Positions 12,921 through 26,317 of a stretch of DNA of 53,372 bases are shown piece after piece. A program made the position numbers and the translations under genes. Below the pieces are notes generated by a model, which was not told the origin of the DNA, searched no databases, and saw nothing but the letters and a program-made list of their open reading frames with translations. Source of the stretch: Octopus sinensis (taxonomy: Eukaryota); contig NW_021833718.1 of the NCBI RefSeq assembly GCF_006345805.1, positions 1 through 53,372 of the forward strand. Direction: 5' to 3'. Position 1 is the stretch's first letter. Each line of letters starts with the position of its first letter.

Positions 12921-13872
12921 GTCTTGCTGTTGTGAAGTATGCAAATATAATAAAATGAGTGTAACCGGGAAAAAGTCCATGGAATCTTATTCTTCGTTCG
13001 TTTTTTTTTTTTTTTCAAGTTGTTGTTTTATATTGTTTTATTTTATTTTATTTTCCCCATCAAAACACTCCCGAATTCTATGAAATCGCTAACGAAAATG
13101 GGTAAGATTACCTAAGTAAACTGAAATAACAGGATTAAAAGAAAAATATGCAAAAAAAGGGGAAAGAAATAAATGTAACGTTCTCTAATACAAGGAAAAA
13201 CTGAGAACATTTTATAGATATCTTAAAAATATTAGCAAACAAGAAACATTTAATATGGCGACTAAAACCGGCGTCATTTTCTCACAATATTTTTCTTTCA
13301 TTTAAGATTTTGAAAAAAATATTAGTGAAATTTAGTTTTTGCTTTTCGTTATATAGACATTAACACAGACACACCCATACACATATAAACACACCCATAC
13401 ACATATAAACTCACACACTCGCAAATATATGTATGCATGTATGTATATCTATGTGTATATATATATGTGTGTGTATAACCATGTATATATATATGTATGT
13501 AGAGTGAGAGTGAGAGAGAGAGAGATAGTGAGATTCATAAATGTATTAACATGTATTATATATGCATATAAATATATATATTTATGTATGAATGCACATA
13601 CATATATGTATATCTATATATCTATATATCTATATATATATACATATGTATATATATACTTATATATACATATATATATACATATATATACACATATATA
13701 TACATACATACATATTTTATAACCGTATATTTTTTGTACTTTCTCCATTGATAGTACCATTAAGTTTTCGATATATATTTTCCACTGACACCTTGAAGAA
13801 AAAATTGCGTTGGATGACAAATAATACACAGTAAAGACAAACATATACAGTCATCTATATTAGAGTGTGTTT

Positions 13873-13921
<49 letters not shown>

Positions 13922-13974
13922 CTTATATATTCAAAAGTATACATGAAGAAACATTTGTATATAGATCCACAAAG

Positions 13975-14093
13975 TGATAGATAGACTGGCAGATAGACAG
14001 ACAGATAGATAAATAGATAGATAGATAGATAGATTGATAGATAGATAGATAGATAGATATATGGATATATAGACAGATAGATAGATAGATAGG

Positions 14094-14144
<51 letters not shown>

Positions 14145-14169
14145 GTAGGTAGATAGATAGATAGGTATG

Positions 14170-14228
<59 letters not shown>

Positions 14229-14240
14229 ACAGATAGGTTG
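13975..14240. repeat. (GATA)n microsatellite; similar tracts at ~18677, ~44530, ~45970, ~50000 and ~52400
   Basis: Direct reading. Confidence 0.97.
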
Positions 14241-14560
14241 GATGGATGGCTGGATTGATGGATTACAACCTTGTGTTATTTTCGGATTGATGTCGAAAAT
14301 CTCTTGACAGCTTTCAACCTTTATGCTATCAATATAAATACTGCTTATATATTTTTAATATTTTCTCCGTGATTCCTCCTTTTTTCTGTCAATTTTTATA
14401 TTACAATCCTTTCATTTTTTTTTTATTTTCGGCTATTGTAATACACGAAGATAGAAGTACGGTGTGATAAAACAGAACATACGTATAACATCTAATCGCT
14501 GCGGATGCTCGTCTGCGTTTTGCTAGGTGTGTTTTTGTGTGTTTGTCACATATATATATA

Positions 14561-14941
14561 CTAGCAGTATCGCCCGGCGTTGCTCAGGTTTGTAAGGGAA
14601 ATAACTATAAAGCATTTTTAGAGAGTTATAGCCAAAAAATAGCAAAAAAATGGAAAAAAATGATGGTAAATTTTTTTTGAGAGTTAAAAGGGGGAGTTGC
14701 GTCCCCTAGACAGTTTGTGGTTTGTGTTTCTAATTCTCGACCCCATGTCGAATTTATCGATTTTTTTCAGAACTGGGGGAAACTTTTCAAAAATTTCGCT
14801 GCGTTAGTTTTGAATTATGACATTGGGCTATGTGTGTGTCAAGTTTCATCAGAATCGGTTGAACCGTGGTCAGGGGAGGGTACAAGCAAACAGACACACA
14901 GAAACACGACACAGACAAACTGCCGTTTATATAGAGAGAGA
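14561..14941 (-). mobile_element. Non-autonomous Helitron
   Basis: Minus strand starts A|TC and ends with a GC-rich hairpin-like segment then CTAG|T; homologous to 29263-29670. Confidence 0.75.
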
Positions 14942-14949
14942 TATATATT

Positions 14950-15063
14950 GACCTGCTCACTTAGCCAACGGGGTGGCATCATTTGAAAGGCTAAAAATGC
15001 GAAGCGCATTGTGACCAGCGATGTGTAGCAACATCTGATGTCTGGTCGGTCACGGTGATCACG

Positions 15064-15068
<5 letters not shown>
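14950..15068 (-). repeat. Short (TA)n-anchored dispersed repeat; second copy at 45088-45197 (+)
   Basis: Shared GTGACCGACCAGA..ATCAGATGTTG.TACACATCGCTGGTCACAATGCG. Confidence 0.75.
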
Positions 15069-15101
<33 letters not shown>

Positions 15102-15301
15102 TATATAATGTATAGTTATATATGTTTGTGCGGTATTCGTATATATATGGATACACATATACCTGTATATATGTATCAATGTAACATTTAGGAATGGCCT
15201 AAACAGGCCATTCGTCCACCAGAAAGAGCAGCCAGAACTCCAACCGCCAGTAGTGTAATTCGGAAATAAGGTGAAAATTAAAAACATTTACCCTAATTCA
15301 T

Positions 15302-15400
15302 CTTTTATACGATGCATCGTTTCAGTGTCCTTTAATGATAGACCAGCTTAATTAAATTAAATAAGCTAGTCTACCATAGGTCACACTTCATCAGTAAAAG
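15302..15400 (-). ncRNA. Type I hammerhead ribozyme (inverted copy)
   Basis: Near-exact reverse complement of 15917-16015 with intact CTGATGA / GAAAC / GTA core. Confidence 0.85.
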
Positions 15401-15916
15401 AAACCTGGGAGAGACGGATATACACGAGGCGACTGTATCATGCCTCGGGAATATCTGTCTTAAAATTTTCAAGACCAACGCATTCGCGCCAAACTTAAGC
15501 TGGTCTATCATTAAAGACACTGAAACGATGCATCGTATAAAAGATGAATTAGGGTAAATGTTTTTAAATTTTCACCTTATTTCCGAATTACACTACTTGG
15601 CGGTTGAGTTCTGGCTGCTCTTTCTGGTGGACGAATGGCCTGTTTAGGCCATTCCTAAATTGTTACATTTATACATATTTAGTCTTTGACTATTTTCTCT
15701 TTTCCATCAGGCCGCTGGTAGCGATAAATTTTTACTGAATTTTTTGCTACCCTAAATTGATTATTGATAATTTTCTGACTAATTCTGAGATTGAATCGGC
15801 AGTTTATATTTGCTGCCGATAAGTTTGGCGCGAATGCGTTGGTCTTGAAATTTTAAGACAGATATTCCCGAGGCATTGATACAGTCGCCTCGTGTATATC
15901 CGTCTCTCCCAGGTTC

Positions 15917-16015
15917 CTTTTACTGATGAAGTGTGACCTATGGTAGACTAGCTTAATTTAATTTAATTAAGCTGGTCTATCATTAAAGACACTGAAACGA
16001 TGCATCGTATAAAAG
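15917..16015 (+). ncRNA. Type I hammerhead ribozyme
   Basis: Stem I CTTTTA/TAAAAG; CTGATGA 15923-15929; long stem II AGTGT...ACACT; GAAAC 15994-15998; palindromic stem III GATGCATC; cleavage triplet GTA 16007-16009. Confidence 0.88.
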
Positions 16016-17689
16016 ATGAATTAGGTAAATGTTTTTAAATTTTCACCTTATTTCCGAATTACACTACTTGGCGGTTGGGGTTCTGGCTGCTCTTTCTGGT
16101 GGACGAATGGCCTGTTTAGGCCATTCCTAAATTGTTACATTTATACATATTTAGTCTTTGACTATTTTCTCTTTTCCATCAGGCCGCTGGTAGCGATAAA
16201 TTTTTACTGAATTTTTTGCTACCCTAAATTGATTATTGTATATATGTATCTATATCATATACGTATATATATATAGTATATATATATATATATATAATAT
16301 ATATATGTTATGCATTTCAGAGAAAGCTATAGAACCGTAAAACGACGAAGAGAGAGAGGCGGAGAAAATGAGAGCGAGAGGTAGAGAGATTAGATGAGAG
16401 AAAATGAAAGGCTTAATGTAAGTGAGAAATGGAGTGTACAGTAAATTAATAGAGAGTGAATGTCTTAGGATGTGAAAATCCCATTAATATAAGCAGAGAC
16501 AGCAACAGAGAGCGAGAGAGGAGAGACAGAGAAGTGAAAAGGAGAGTGAGAGGAAGCGATAGGGTAAGAGAGAGAAGATCAGAGAAATCTTGAGTGATAT
16601 GCATCTATGTATCTAAAGTGTTCATGCGTAATCAGTCCCTGAATATACAATTGAGTTCCGATACATTTCTTATGAGAGAAAGATCAATAGTAGAACACCT
16701 GCCTCAGAATCTGTTACAGAGTTCTTACGCGTTCCTCATGAGGAAAAAAAAAGGTCGATATTGGTTCACCTGTTACAGTATCTCCAGCAGAGTTCCTATA
16801 CATTTCTTATGAGACAAAGATCGATAGCGAATCACCTGTCCCAGATTCTTTATCATTGTCATCAAATCCACCGATCAAATATTGATAGCACGTAGTTATG
16901 AAGAGTTGGTTTGGCAGAACAACTGTCGATATAGATAAGTATAATAAGCATTAATGTAAATATCTACGAGGTGTATAGGGTTAAGGAAATATATTCTGTT
17001 CGTATATTCTTCATCTGGAAACTCACAATGTCTATATAGATCGGTTAACTAAATTGCTATGTTTACCAAATTGAGTTCCATGTGCCACAAAGTATTTTTA
17101 CATCAAGGGGTATATTATAGCGTTTAGACTTTGAGACGCACTGGTGATCAGCAAAAATTTACAAATGAAATTCTTATGCAACGTAAAGACACGCTCGAAT
17201 TACGCACAAAGGGTGACGAAAGATTATCTCTTTTGTCATCTTTCTGTTGCAGAAAATCGTAATGTCTATATATCCTGGGTTACCAAATTACACACAATGT
17301 ACTAAAGAAATGTTTCATGGTAGAGGACTTCAGTTGCCGTTTGTGTCCGAGGCATATAAGAGGACGAAATATAATTTAATATTGCAGTTCCTATGGAAAC
17401 TACAGCATCGGAGTTATATTTAAGAGCTAACCATTTACGATATCTGTACAATTTTTCGAGCTACCAGCGAGAGAATGCCGTACATGATTTTACAATATCT
17501 GGACCCTGCCTTTTATCCCCAACCCATACAATTTCATCTCTTGGAAATAGGTTCTCCCATGTTACACATCCCATCTCACTTATCATATGAGATGGAGCTG
17601 ACTCATGATGAAACTCATGGTTATTTTTGTTGTTGGTGGTGGTGGTGGTGATGATAAAATTGAGGATGAGGTCACTTAGCCCCTTCTGT

Positions 17690-18520
17690 GAGCAGATCTA
17701 CGATTGCAGGTTTTCCAACCTTTAGAATGATGTAGCTTTGACGTCTTTTCGCATGATTTTCATCTTCAGCCATAATGTCCACTCCGTGAGATCTTGTTCT
17801 ATTGCGAAGAGCCATAAGCATTTTAAAAGCATTATAACACAACCCTTTTTGGAGGGTCCAAACAGTCAAAGATACTTAGGAAATCCACTGGATAACTTTG
17901 CAATAATATTTACCATTCCAGCAATCAATTATTTTATGCATATTTCTGCTTTAAACATGTTCATAATTTACCTATTTACTGAATATACACTCGCCAGTTT
18001 TTTTTTAGAATTTTTAGAGCGTCGGTGTGGTAATACAGGAAAACAGAATCACAGGTCATAAAGGGCCATCCCTTTGTTCCATTTGTTCCATCAAGCTTCG
18101 ACGCCATTTAGCATCAATTCCTACCACTTCTTTCTAAACCCATTGGGGCTATCCTTTTCACCCACTCTCCGAGAGCTCTTAATGTACTCGTGTGATAATA
18201 TTTCTTCCCTATATAAACATTCCGTAATTATTGATATTTGATACAGCAAGCTGTTTAAATAACAATTGTTGTATTTAGTTTATTATTAACATCCATGACA
18301 ACCATGTCCCAAAATGAGTCTCCCCTTTGGGAACAAAACAAGCGTGTACAATGGATCATAATGCTGATCCAGTCAGCTAATTCATTGCAAACCTTGATGA
18401 TGTTTGCATAAATCAGTGCCTCAATATTAATATGTATAACCATTTCCTCGCTGGTCTAGAGAGAATTGCCTCTATTTCAGAATATGCAGGAACATCCTGA
18501 TTCCTCATAAGTCATGAGGC
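17690..18520 (-). mobile_element. Very decayed CR1-like LINE RT remnant (tentative)
   Basis: Minus-strand SGVPA.S, LIYANIIKV (YADD-like) and RTRSHG (RTRGH-like) occur in the expected order. Confidence 0.35.
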
Positions 18521-18674
18521 AGCGACCAAATTGAAATGTTGCTGTCACACTTGTTGTGTAAGGTGAAACGTGGTATAGCAGTAGTTAAAGAACCGCCCTA
18601 CTCGTAAGACATTTTCTATAGAAATAGTCAGTTCTCTACATTTAAATGATTTTATGCACATGAAAATTATGTGA

Positions 18675-18777
<103 letters not shown>

Positions 18778-18786
18778 TAATTGATT

Positions 18787-18851
<65 letters not shown>

Positions 18852-18852
<1 letters not shown>

Positions 18853-19012
18853 ACGGGCTTCTTTCACTTTCTCTTTCTACAAATCCACGCGTGAGACCTT
18901 CGGTGGCTTGCGGCTATGATAGAAGACATTTGCCCGAGGTTCCACGCAATGGGACTGAACTTGGAACCAAGTGGCTGGCAAGTAAACTTCTTACCACACC
19001 CAACCACACTTG
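18852..19012 (-). mobile_element. SINE family 1, 5' half, diverged
   Basis: Reverse complement of head, B-box and core, ending in (GATA)n. Confidence 0.75.
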
Positions 19013-19644
19013 CTTAAATGTTTGCCTAATAGCTGTACTCATGAAACAGATTATCCAGTAACCTCGGAAGATCTTCATCTAAACTTGGTATAATAGCTTC
19101 TATTAAATGGAATGGCTGCTTTAACAATATGAAGCGATATTCTTTTGAATGTCAGAAAATTTACAGAATACATGTATTGTATTTCTGGGGTTTCAATTTG
19201 AATAAATGGAATCTGAGTTAAGACATGTTTAAAAAATGGTCTTTGTTAGATAAAACGATACCGTTATTTATGTTTTGTTGATATATAATGCTAACGTATT
19301 TGAGGAATATATTTTAATTTCGATAAAATTTATTAAAAAAATATCAATCAATTAGCAATTCTATAATACAAATAATAATCTCAAAGATGTTTTTTCGAGA
19401 AAAATTGTGAAACCATTTGCAAAGTGAAGAGCTTTTCAATAAACATTATCAGAATAAGCTATCTGTTCTGAATATCCGTCTCAAAAGTGAGGTGATCTGC
19501 GGTATACAAATGCTTAAGTAAACAAAATACTCATAAAAGAGTCTGTGCAGAAGAATCGGAGTATGTATTTGCATTTAAATGTTACCTAATGAGGCTAATG
19601 TCTTATTTGATCATCTGCAATACAGACGTGAATTTTTATGAATG

Positions 19645-20090
19645 ACGCACTGGGTTCGATTTAATCGACTTAATCCCTTTGTCTGTCCTTGTTTGTCCCC
19701 TCTGTGTGAAGCCCCTTGTGGGTAGTAAAGAAATAAGAAACGTTAACACGCCGGGCGAAACGCTTAGCGGTATTTCGTCTACCGTTATGTTCTGAGTTCA
19801 AATTCCGCAGAGGTCGACTTTTCCTTTCATCCTTTCGGGGTCGATAAAGAAAGTACCAGTTACGCACTGTGATCGATATAATCGAATTAATACCCATGCC
19901 TGTCCTTGTTTGTCTTCTCTATGTTTAGTTCCTTGTGGACAGTAAAAAAATAAGAAATGTTAACACGCCGGACGAAATGCTTAGCGGTATTTCTTCTGCC
20001 GCTACGTTCTGCGTTCAAATTCCGCCGAAGTCGATTTTGTCTTTCATCTTTTCGGGGTCGATTAAATAAGTACCAGTTACGCACTGGGTT
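19645..20090 (+). mobile_element. Tandem chain of truncated SINE family 2 copies
   Basis: Tail AGTAAA.AAATAA joined to GAAA(C/T)GTTAAC at ~19737 and ~19954. Confidence 0.8.
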
Positions 20091-21792
20091 TTGTTTTTGT
20101 ATTTTTGGAACACACATACACTCACCGACACACTGACACACACGTATACACACACACGTAGTCACACACACACACACGCGAGCTCACACACACGCACACG
20201 CGCACACGGACACACACACACATACAGACATACATTCCTGTACATATATATATATATATGTGTAAATATGTATATGCGTGTACATGTGTGTATGTGGACA
20301 TATATATTTTTAAGGCGGCGTTGCAGCATGGCCGCAGCCAAATGACTAAAACAAATAAAATATTAAAAGAACGTGAATGTCTTTGTGTTTGGATTTGCGT
20401 TGCCTTCATCAGCATTTATGTACCGCTGTTGGTTTGTTTACATCCCTGTATCTTAGCGATTCTTAAATGAGAACAACAAAACCATGTGCCAGACTTTATA
20501 AATTAAGTACTGATTTCGATTCTGTTTTTTCAAATAAAAAGACGATTTAAGACGATGCATCAGCATGGCTGCCATCCAATGAATGGAACAAACAACAGAT
20601 AAAATTCTAAAAAAAACGAACCTCGATCTTCATTAGCGCTCACCAGTTCCTCTTCTCTAGAAATTTTACTTATTCTTCGAATAATCTCCACAACACCATC
20701 TTCATTAGCAGGAACCAATTGTTTTCATTCACGTTAACATTTTCAAATTGGCAGGTTTTATTCTTACCATATTTTCCGTTCTTTGTAACGTCTTAGATTG
20801 TTTTCATTCCATTTTTGCCAATAACGACATTGTCGATTTTCAGCCATTTTTTTTTTCCTATCCTGTGACACATCATAATCCATTATGCATGCGTATAGAA
20901 AGGGAAAAAAATATCAATAAAAATATTACAGTATATAATGATAGCTAATTATAGCAAATGGTGGACATTTCTCTAACCTAACTAATATAACACAGCAAGG
21001 AGTACGATAACAAGAATATTTCATGATGGAAGAGGAAAAAAAAGGAGAAATCTAGGAAATTATGTAATATTTCAAAGGAACAAAAATAAGGCCGAGTAAT
21101 TGTCTTTGTCAATAGAGTCTATAATACCATATGATCATTCAATAAAGGCAAATAATAACATAGAAGTTTTGTCATGTAATTACCATGGAATTAATATGAA
21201 AAGTATATCGTAGCTCATAATTCATCTGCATGAAAAAAGAAGTTTACGTTAATCGTGCACTCCTTTACAGTTCCTTATGAAATTATGTCACGGATGATTG
21301 CAGTGATGTGGTACAGACTGTTATTCAAGGCAAAGACACGGTGTGACATATATGTGTGTAGTGTGTTTGCGCGCGGATCGGCTTGTTTGCTGTGAGTGGG
21401 CAGTTGATTTCGATTTGCTGATCAGATGATACCCTGGAATTCAACTGTAACTTATTTTAGCGACGCAGAAGAGTTGAAAGGCAAAGTCGACATCGGCATA
21501 ATTTGAACTCAGAACTTAAAGACAGACGAAATGCCGGCGTGTTGACGGTTCTGCTATGGAACCCGCTTATCGAAGACGAAAATATCGGTTTCAAATTTTA
21601 CCATAAAGCAAGTATTTTGTTTTTTTGTTGAAGCTACTTACTTTATCGAGCCCAAAACAATGACAGACAAAGACAAACCTCGATAGAATTTGAACTCAGA
21701 ACATAAAGACGGACGAAACATCTATTTCTTTACTACCCACAAGGGGCTACACAGAGAGAGGACAAACAAGGACAGACAAACAGATTAATTCA

Positions 21793-21864
<72 letters not shown>

Positions 21865-22143
21865 AGAGAAGTAGATAGATAGATAGATAGAAAATATATA
21901 TATGTATATACACATATATGTATATATATTCCTTTATGTAATATGTTTTAATAATGACTGATATTTTTATATATTATATATGTAAAGCATAATATGTTAT
22001 ATTTGTATGTATTTTGTTATAATTGTCATTTTAGTAACTAAATAAATAACTTGATATAATATAATGTCTAAAAGTTGATGAATACCCCCTATTTTTTCAC
22101 CTTCATTTTCTTATTGCTGTATATATATATATATAATATATAT

Positions 22144-22174
<31 letters not shown>

Positions 22175-22187
22175 TTATTTATTTATA

Positions 22188-22508
22188 CTCAACAATATAA
22201 GGAATGGCCATATAGGACATTCGACTCCCTAGAAAGAGCAGCTAAAACTCATACCGCTAAGTAGTTGTAATTCTGAAACAGAAAGAGAAATAAAAAGGGG
22301 TAAACGTTTTTATTTCTCTTTTTTCATTTCTCTTTCTGTTTCAGAATTACAACTACTTAGCGGTATGAGTTTTAGCTGCTCTTTCTAGGGAGTCGAATGT
22401 CCTATATGGCCATTCCTTATATTGTTGAATGTATATTATATAGTCTTTGACTATTGTTTCTTCCTCACTAGACCGCTCGTAGCGGAGAATTTTTGGTACC
22501 CTTATATT

Positions 22509-22510
<2 letters not shown>
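22188..22510 (+). mobile_element. Fold-back PLE-derived tail related to the 15.2-16.2 kb element
   Basis: ~120-bp inverted arms 22188-22308 / 22318-22428; shared GCTGCTCTTTCT..GAATG..GGCCATTCCT..TAGTCTTTGACTATT..TACCC tail; inside (TA)n. Confidence 0.8.
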
Positions 22511-22543
<33 letters not shown>

Positions 22544-22609
22544 TCATTCATAGCCAATCGATAAGCAGACCAATTAAAAAATATATTCGGTTATTGTAGT
22601 ATTTAAACT

Positions 22610-22890
22610 GTACAAACACCTGTAATTATGACTTACCTTATTGTTCATCTATATTCAAATAAATGGTAACATTCATGGTTATGTTAGCATTCAAACAAAC
22701 AGGAAGAATTCAGTGAGATGAACGTATTTCAAGTCGTTTTTATAAAAGATATCAGTCGGTACAAGACGTTCATAAAACGGACCGCGGGGTGTTTCTTTGG
22801 CATCGGAAAAATCAGCTGGAAATTGACCGAAAACAAGACTCAATGAATATAATTTGACATAAATATAAACAAACAAACATGGAATAATTA
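22610..22890. repeat. Dispersed ~280-bp repeat; inverted copy at ~38560-38840
   Basis: AAAAATCAGCTGGAAATTGACCGAAAACAA and its reverse complement; class unknown. Confidence 0.75.
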
Positions 22891-22942
22891 CGTTGAGAAA
22901 AGCATTGGGAAGACATTTAAAGTTTATTATAAAAACATGAAG

Positions 22943-23017
<75 letters not shown>

Positions 23018-23479
23018 ATATATATATATTATATATATATACGTCCAAGCATAAGTGTATACAGAAATATATACACACACACAAATATATACATTAATAT
23101 ATATATACACATATATCATGTCCAAGCATGAATAAGCTGTAAATGGGGAGTGAAATCTGTTTTCGATAATCAATATCGTAATCTTCTGTCAATAAATACC
23201 TAATATAATTAGGTTACTGAATGAGCAATGGGTGATAGACACCATCTTGCATGAAGATGCGGAGTCTGAAATTTCTTAGTCATCACAGCAGTTAAATCAG
23301 TACAGAAGCATTTATTAAATTCCGATAATGTTTGAAAGGGTGAAAAGACAAGAAATGGGGAGAAAAAATCACAACTCTGTTGTAGTTGGTGATGGTGTGA
23401 ATGTTTATCGGAGACCAAATGTTACGAACCAACAAAACAAACGAAATTAAATAAATTATCTGAATTTATAGGAAGCACG

Positions 23480-23744
23480 ATATGTGTATGTGTGTATGTA
23501 TGTATGTGTGTGTATGTGTGTGTGTGTGCGTGTGTGTGTATGTGTACGTGTGTGTATGTATATGTGTGTGTATGTATGTGTGTGTATGTGTGTGTGTGTG
23601 CGTGTGTGTGTATGTGTACGTGTGTGTATGTATATGTGTGTGTATGTATGTGTGTGTATGTGTGTGTGTGTATGTATGTGTGTGTATGTATGTGTGTATG
23701 CATCTATGTATGTCCGTATGCATGTATCTATGTATGTATGTATG

Positions 23745-23775
<31 letters not shown>

Positions 23776-23975
23776 TGTATGTATGTATGTATGTATGTAT
23801 GTATGTATGTATGCATGCATGTATGTATGTATGTATGTATGTATGTATGTATGTATGTATGCATGTATGTATGTATGTATGTATGTATGTATGTATGTAT
23901 ATATATGTCCGTATGCATGTATCTATGTATGTGTGCATGTATGTATGTTATCTATGTATGTATGTATGTGTGTGT
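23480..23975. repeat. (TG)n/(TATG)n compound microsatellite
   Basis: Direct reading. Confidence 0.97.
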
Positions 23976-24179
23976 CTGTCTACCATTCTCTCTCTCTTTA
24001 TATATATATATACATCACACTACACCATACACCATACAACATTATACATCACATCACAACACACCACCCACACACCCATCCCCACATTTTCACACCTACA
24101 TATACATGCACGCACACGTCCAAACCACCAGCCCTCTTTCACACGCACATACATACTCTCTTATACACACACGCACCTT

Positions 24180-24432
24180 TGTCTTGGGGGTCATCTTTAC
24201 TTTTTTATCTCCCTTAGTTTCCTCCTAGTGTTTGACCCTTCAGTCCGTCACTAGATCGTTTGCCACAACACACATTTTTTTCTCTCCTTGTTTTTTCTAC
24301 GTCCCTTTCTGTAGAAGAGCGTAGGCTGGAAACGTAAAAGACTTTTTCTATTCCTGAGCATTATACTAATACATCTGTTTGTGTTGTACACTACCTGTCT
24401 TCGTCTTTTGTTTTTTCGTAAACTCTCCCTAT
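24180..24432 (+). mobile_element. Short PLE-derived repeat with minimal HHR-like motif; other copies ~33985-34190 (+) and ~34712-34900 (-)
   Basis: CTTT-CTGTAGA-A-GAGC-GTAG-GCT(G/C)-GAAAC-GTA-AAAG; tail CCTG.CTTCGTCTTTTG shared by all copies. Confidence 0.65.
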
Positions 24433-25534
24433 ATATAAATATATATCAAGAGGTCGACGGAGATATATATATATATGTGCATATTTATTACGTTCTGAGT
24501 TCAAATTCCGCCGAGGTCTACTTTGCCTTTCATCCCTTCAGGGTCCATAAATTGAGACCGATAGAATAAGTACTGGGCTTACAAGAATAAGTCCCGGGGT
24601 CGAGTTGCTCGATTAAAAGCGGTGCTCCAGCATGGCCGCAGTCAAATGACTGAAACAAGTAAAAAAGAGTAGAAAAGAGAGTTAAGAGCAAGAGTTACGT
24701 CATGCAACAACCTGTAATCAAGTGATGTTTTGCTGATCTTTTGTTTACACAAGCAGTTGCCAGATGTATGATGATATGTGATGCATGATGTATGTATGAG
24801 GTATGATGATATGTATATATTAGAATAATTAGATATATCTCGCAAACGTTCGAGAGAAATCAAATGAGCACATATTTGGAATCAGCACAAAAATTCTGCA
24901 TTAAAATCACTCGAAACAAAACGACAACCAAGCTTTTTGTGAAAATGTGTAACCCAGTTTAAATCAGTGGATCCGTGCAGCTGTCGAGTGATACCAGTGC
25001 GAGAGGAAACGAACACTCGAAAGACTTTCACTGAGCTGGATTGGCCATATAAATTGTATAATGCAACGGCAATGCAGGAGGAAGGTGAGATCAAACACGG
25101 AATTGAGGAAATGCTGTGACAGTGGATTCAAAACGATATCCGTCATGCTAGCTGGTGGAGATAGCTATGGTGATACAATCATTCAGTCATCTATAGATAC
25201 CTATACATCGGTACTTGCATACATACATATATATACACACAAACACACACATTCACACAAACTTACACACATATATAAATGTGTATATATAAATATATTT
25301 TTAAAATTATAACTTAGGGTATCTACGAGATACCGTCATGCTGAAAATAGCAGCCATGATCTGACTCTAAAAAATCACATTAAGTGTTCATATAGCACAT
25401 GGAGGAAAGGAAAAAAGACAAAATAAAGCTAGTAAAAACTTACTGGATAATTCTATATCCTGGATTTCTGACTTTGCATTTAGGAATGCTTTGCCTCATC
25501 AGTGGAATATACGCAGAGAGAAACATAATTACAC

Positions 25535-25599
<65 letters not shown>

Positions 25600-26317
25600 T
25601 ACAACATGCGAATACTTACATATACGAACGTATACATACATATATATGCACGTATGCATCGTGACTAGTTTAAAATGCCCGCTTCCAAATTCCATGTGCG
25701 ATATGGTTAAAACATCATCACAGTAAATACAAAGACGAACTAAATTTAAATTTATATAAATAAGGATAAGATCGTTAATTTAAACACTTACAAATGTGTG
25801 TCTGCGTGTGTAACGTAAGGCAACGGGGATTTTGGATCCGAGCAGGCACCTGATATAATCCAGGCCTGGCTAACCACACCGAATGATAGTGAACACACTG
25901 AATCGTTTAAGACAATCAATTACACTGTACTTCACTCGACATGTAAATCCCGACTTTACATCATTGCTTTACACACATCATACAGAGCAGACAACCGCAA
26001 AGACATCATAAAGGAAAATGCAGAATTTATACATCGTTAAAATTTGTTTAATATATTATTATTCTCATTAAACTCACATTAGATTCCAATCCGGTGTATA
26101 CTTCTGTTGGTTAAGTGCCCGAATGTTCTTTGATGTAGCATTTATGAGCATGTAGTTGTTTCAGGTGATTCAGTGCATTTAGCAGATTCGTCTAAGCTAA
26201 ACTTTCCTATGCTGCTTTCTTCAAAGATTTGCTCATGCGGGTTGTTGTATCGAACTGAGGATTCGTCCATTGAACAGTCCTTCTTAAAATATATTCTAGC
26301 TGAGGGATTATGAAAGC

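Larger units (their letters stand above)
15177..16238 (+). mobile_element. PLE pseudo-LTR / retrozyme-like element: ~1.6 tandem copies of a 472-nt HHR-containing unit preceded by a ~320-nt inverted copy
   Basis: TAAGCTGGTCTATCATTAAAG at 15496 and 15968; 15177-15497 is the reverse complement of ~15820-16142; flanked by (TA)-rich DNA. Confidence 0.85.

Noticed and set aside
12099-12980. Long poly-I, poly-N and poly-E ORFs (up to 224 aa)
   Set aside because: Translations of trinucleotide microsatellites, open on both strands, with no splice or homology support.
23422-24254. 150-256 aa ORFs rich in MYVC/HTYI, and the many YIYI/YLSI ORFs elsewhere
   Set aside because: Stop-free (TATG)n, (TG)n, (TA)n and (GATA)n repeats.
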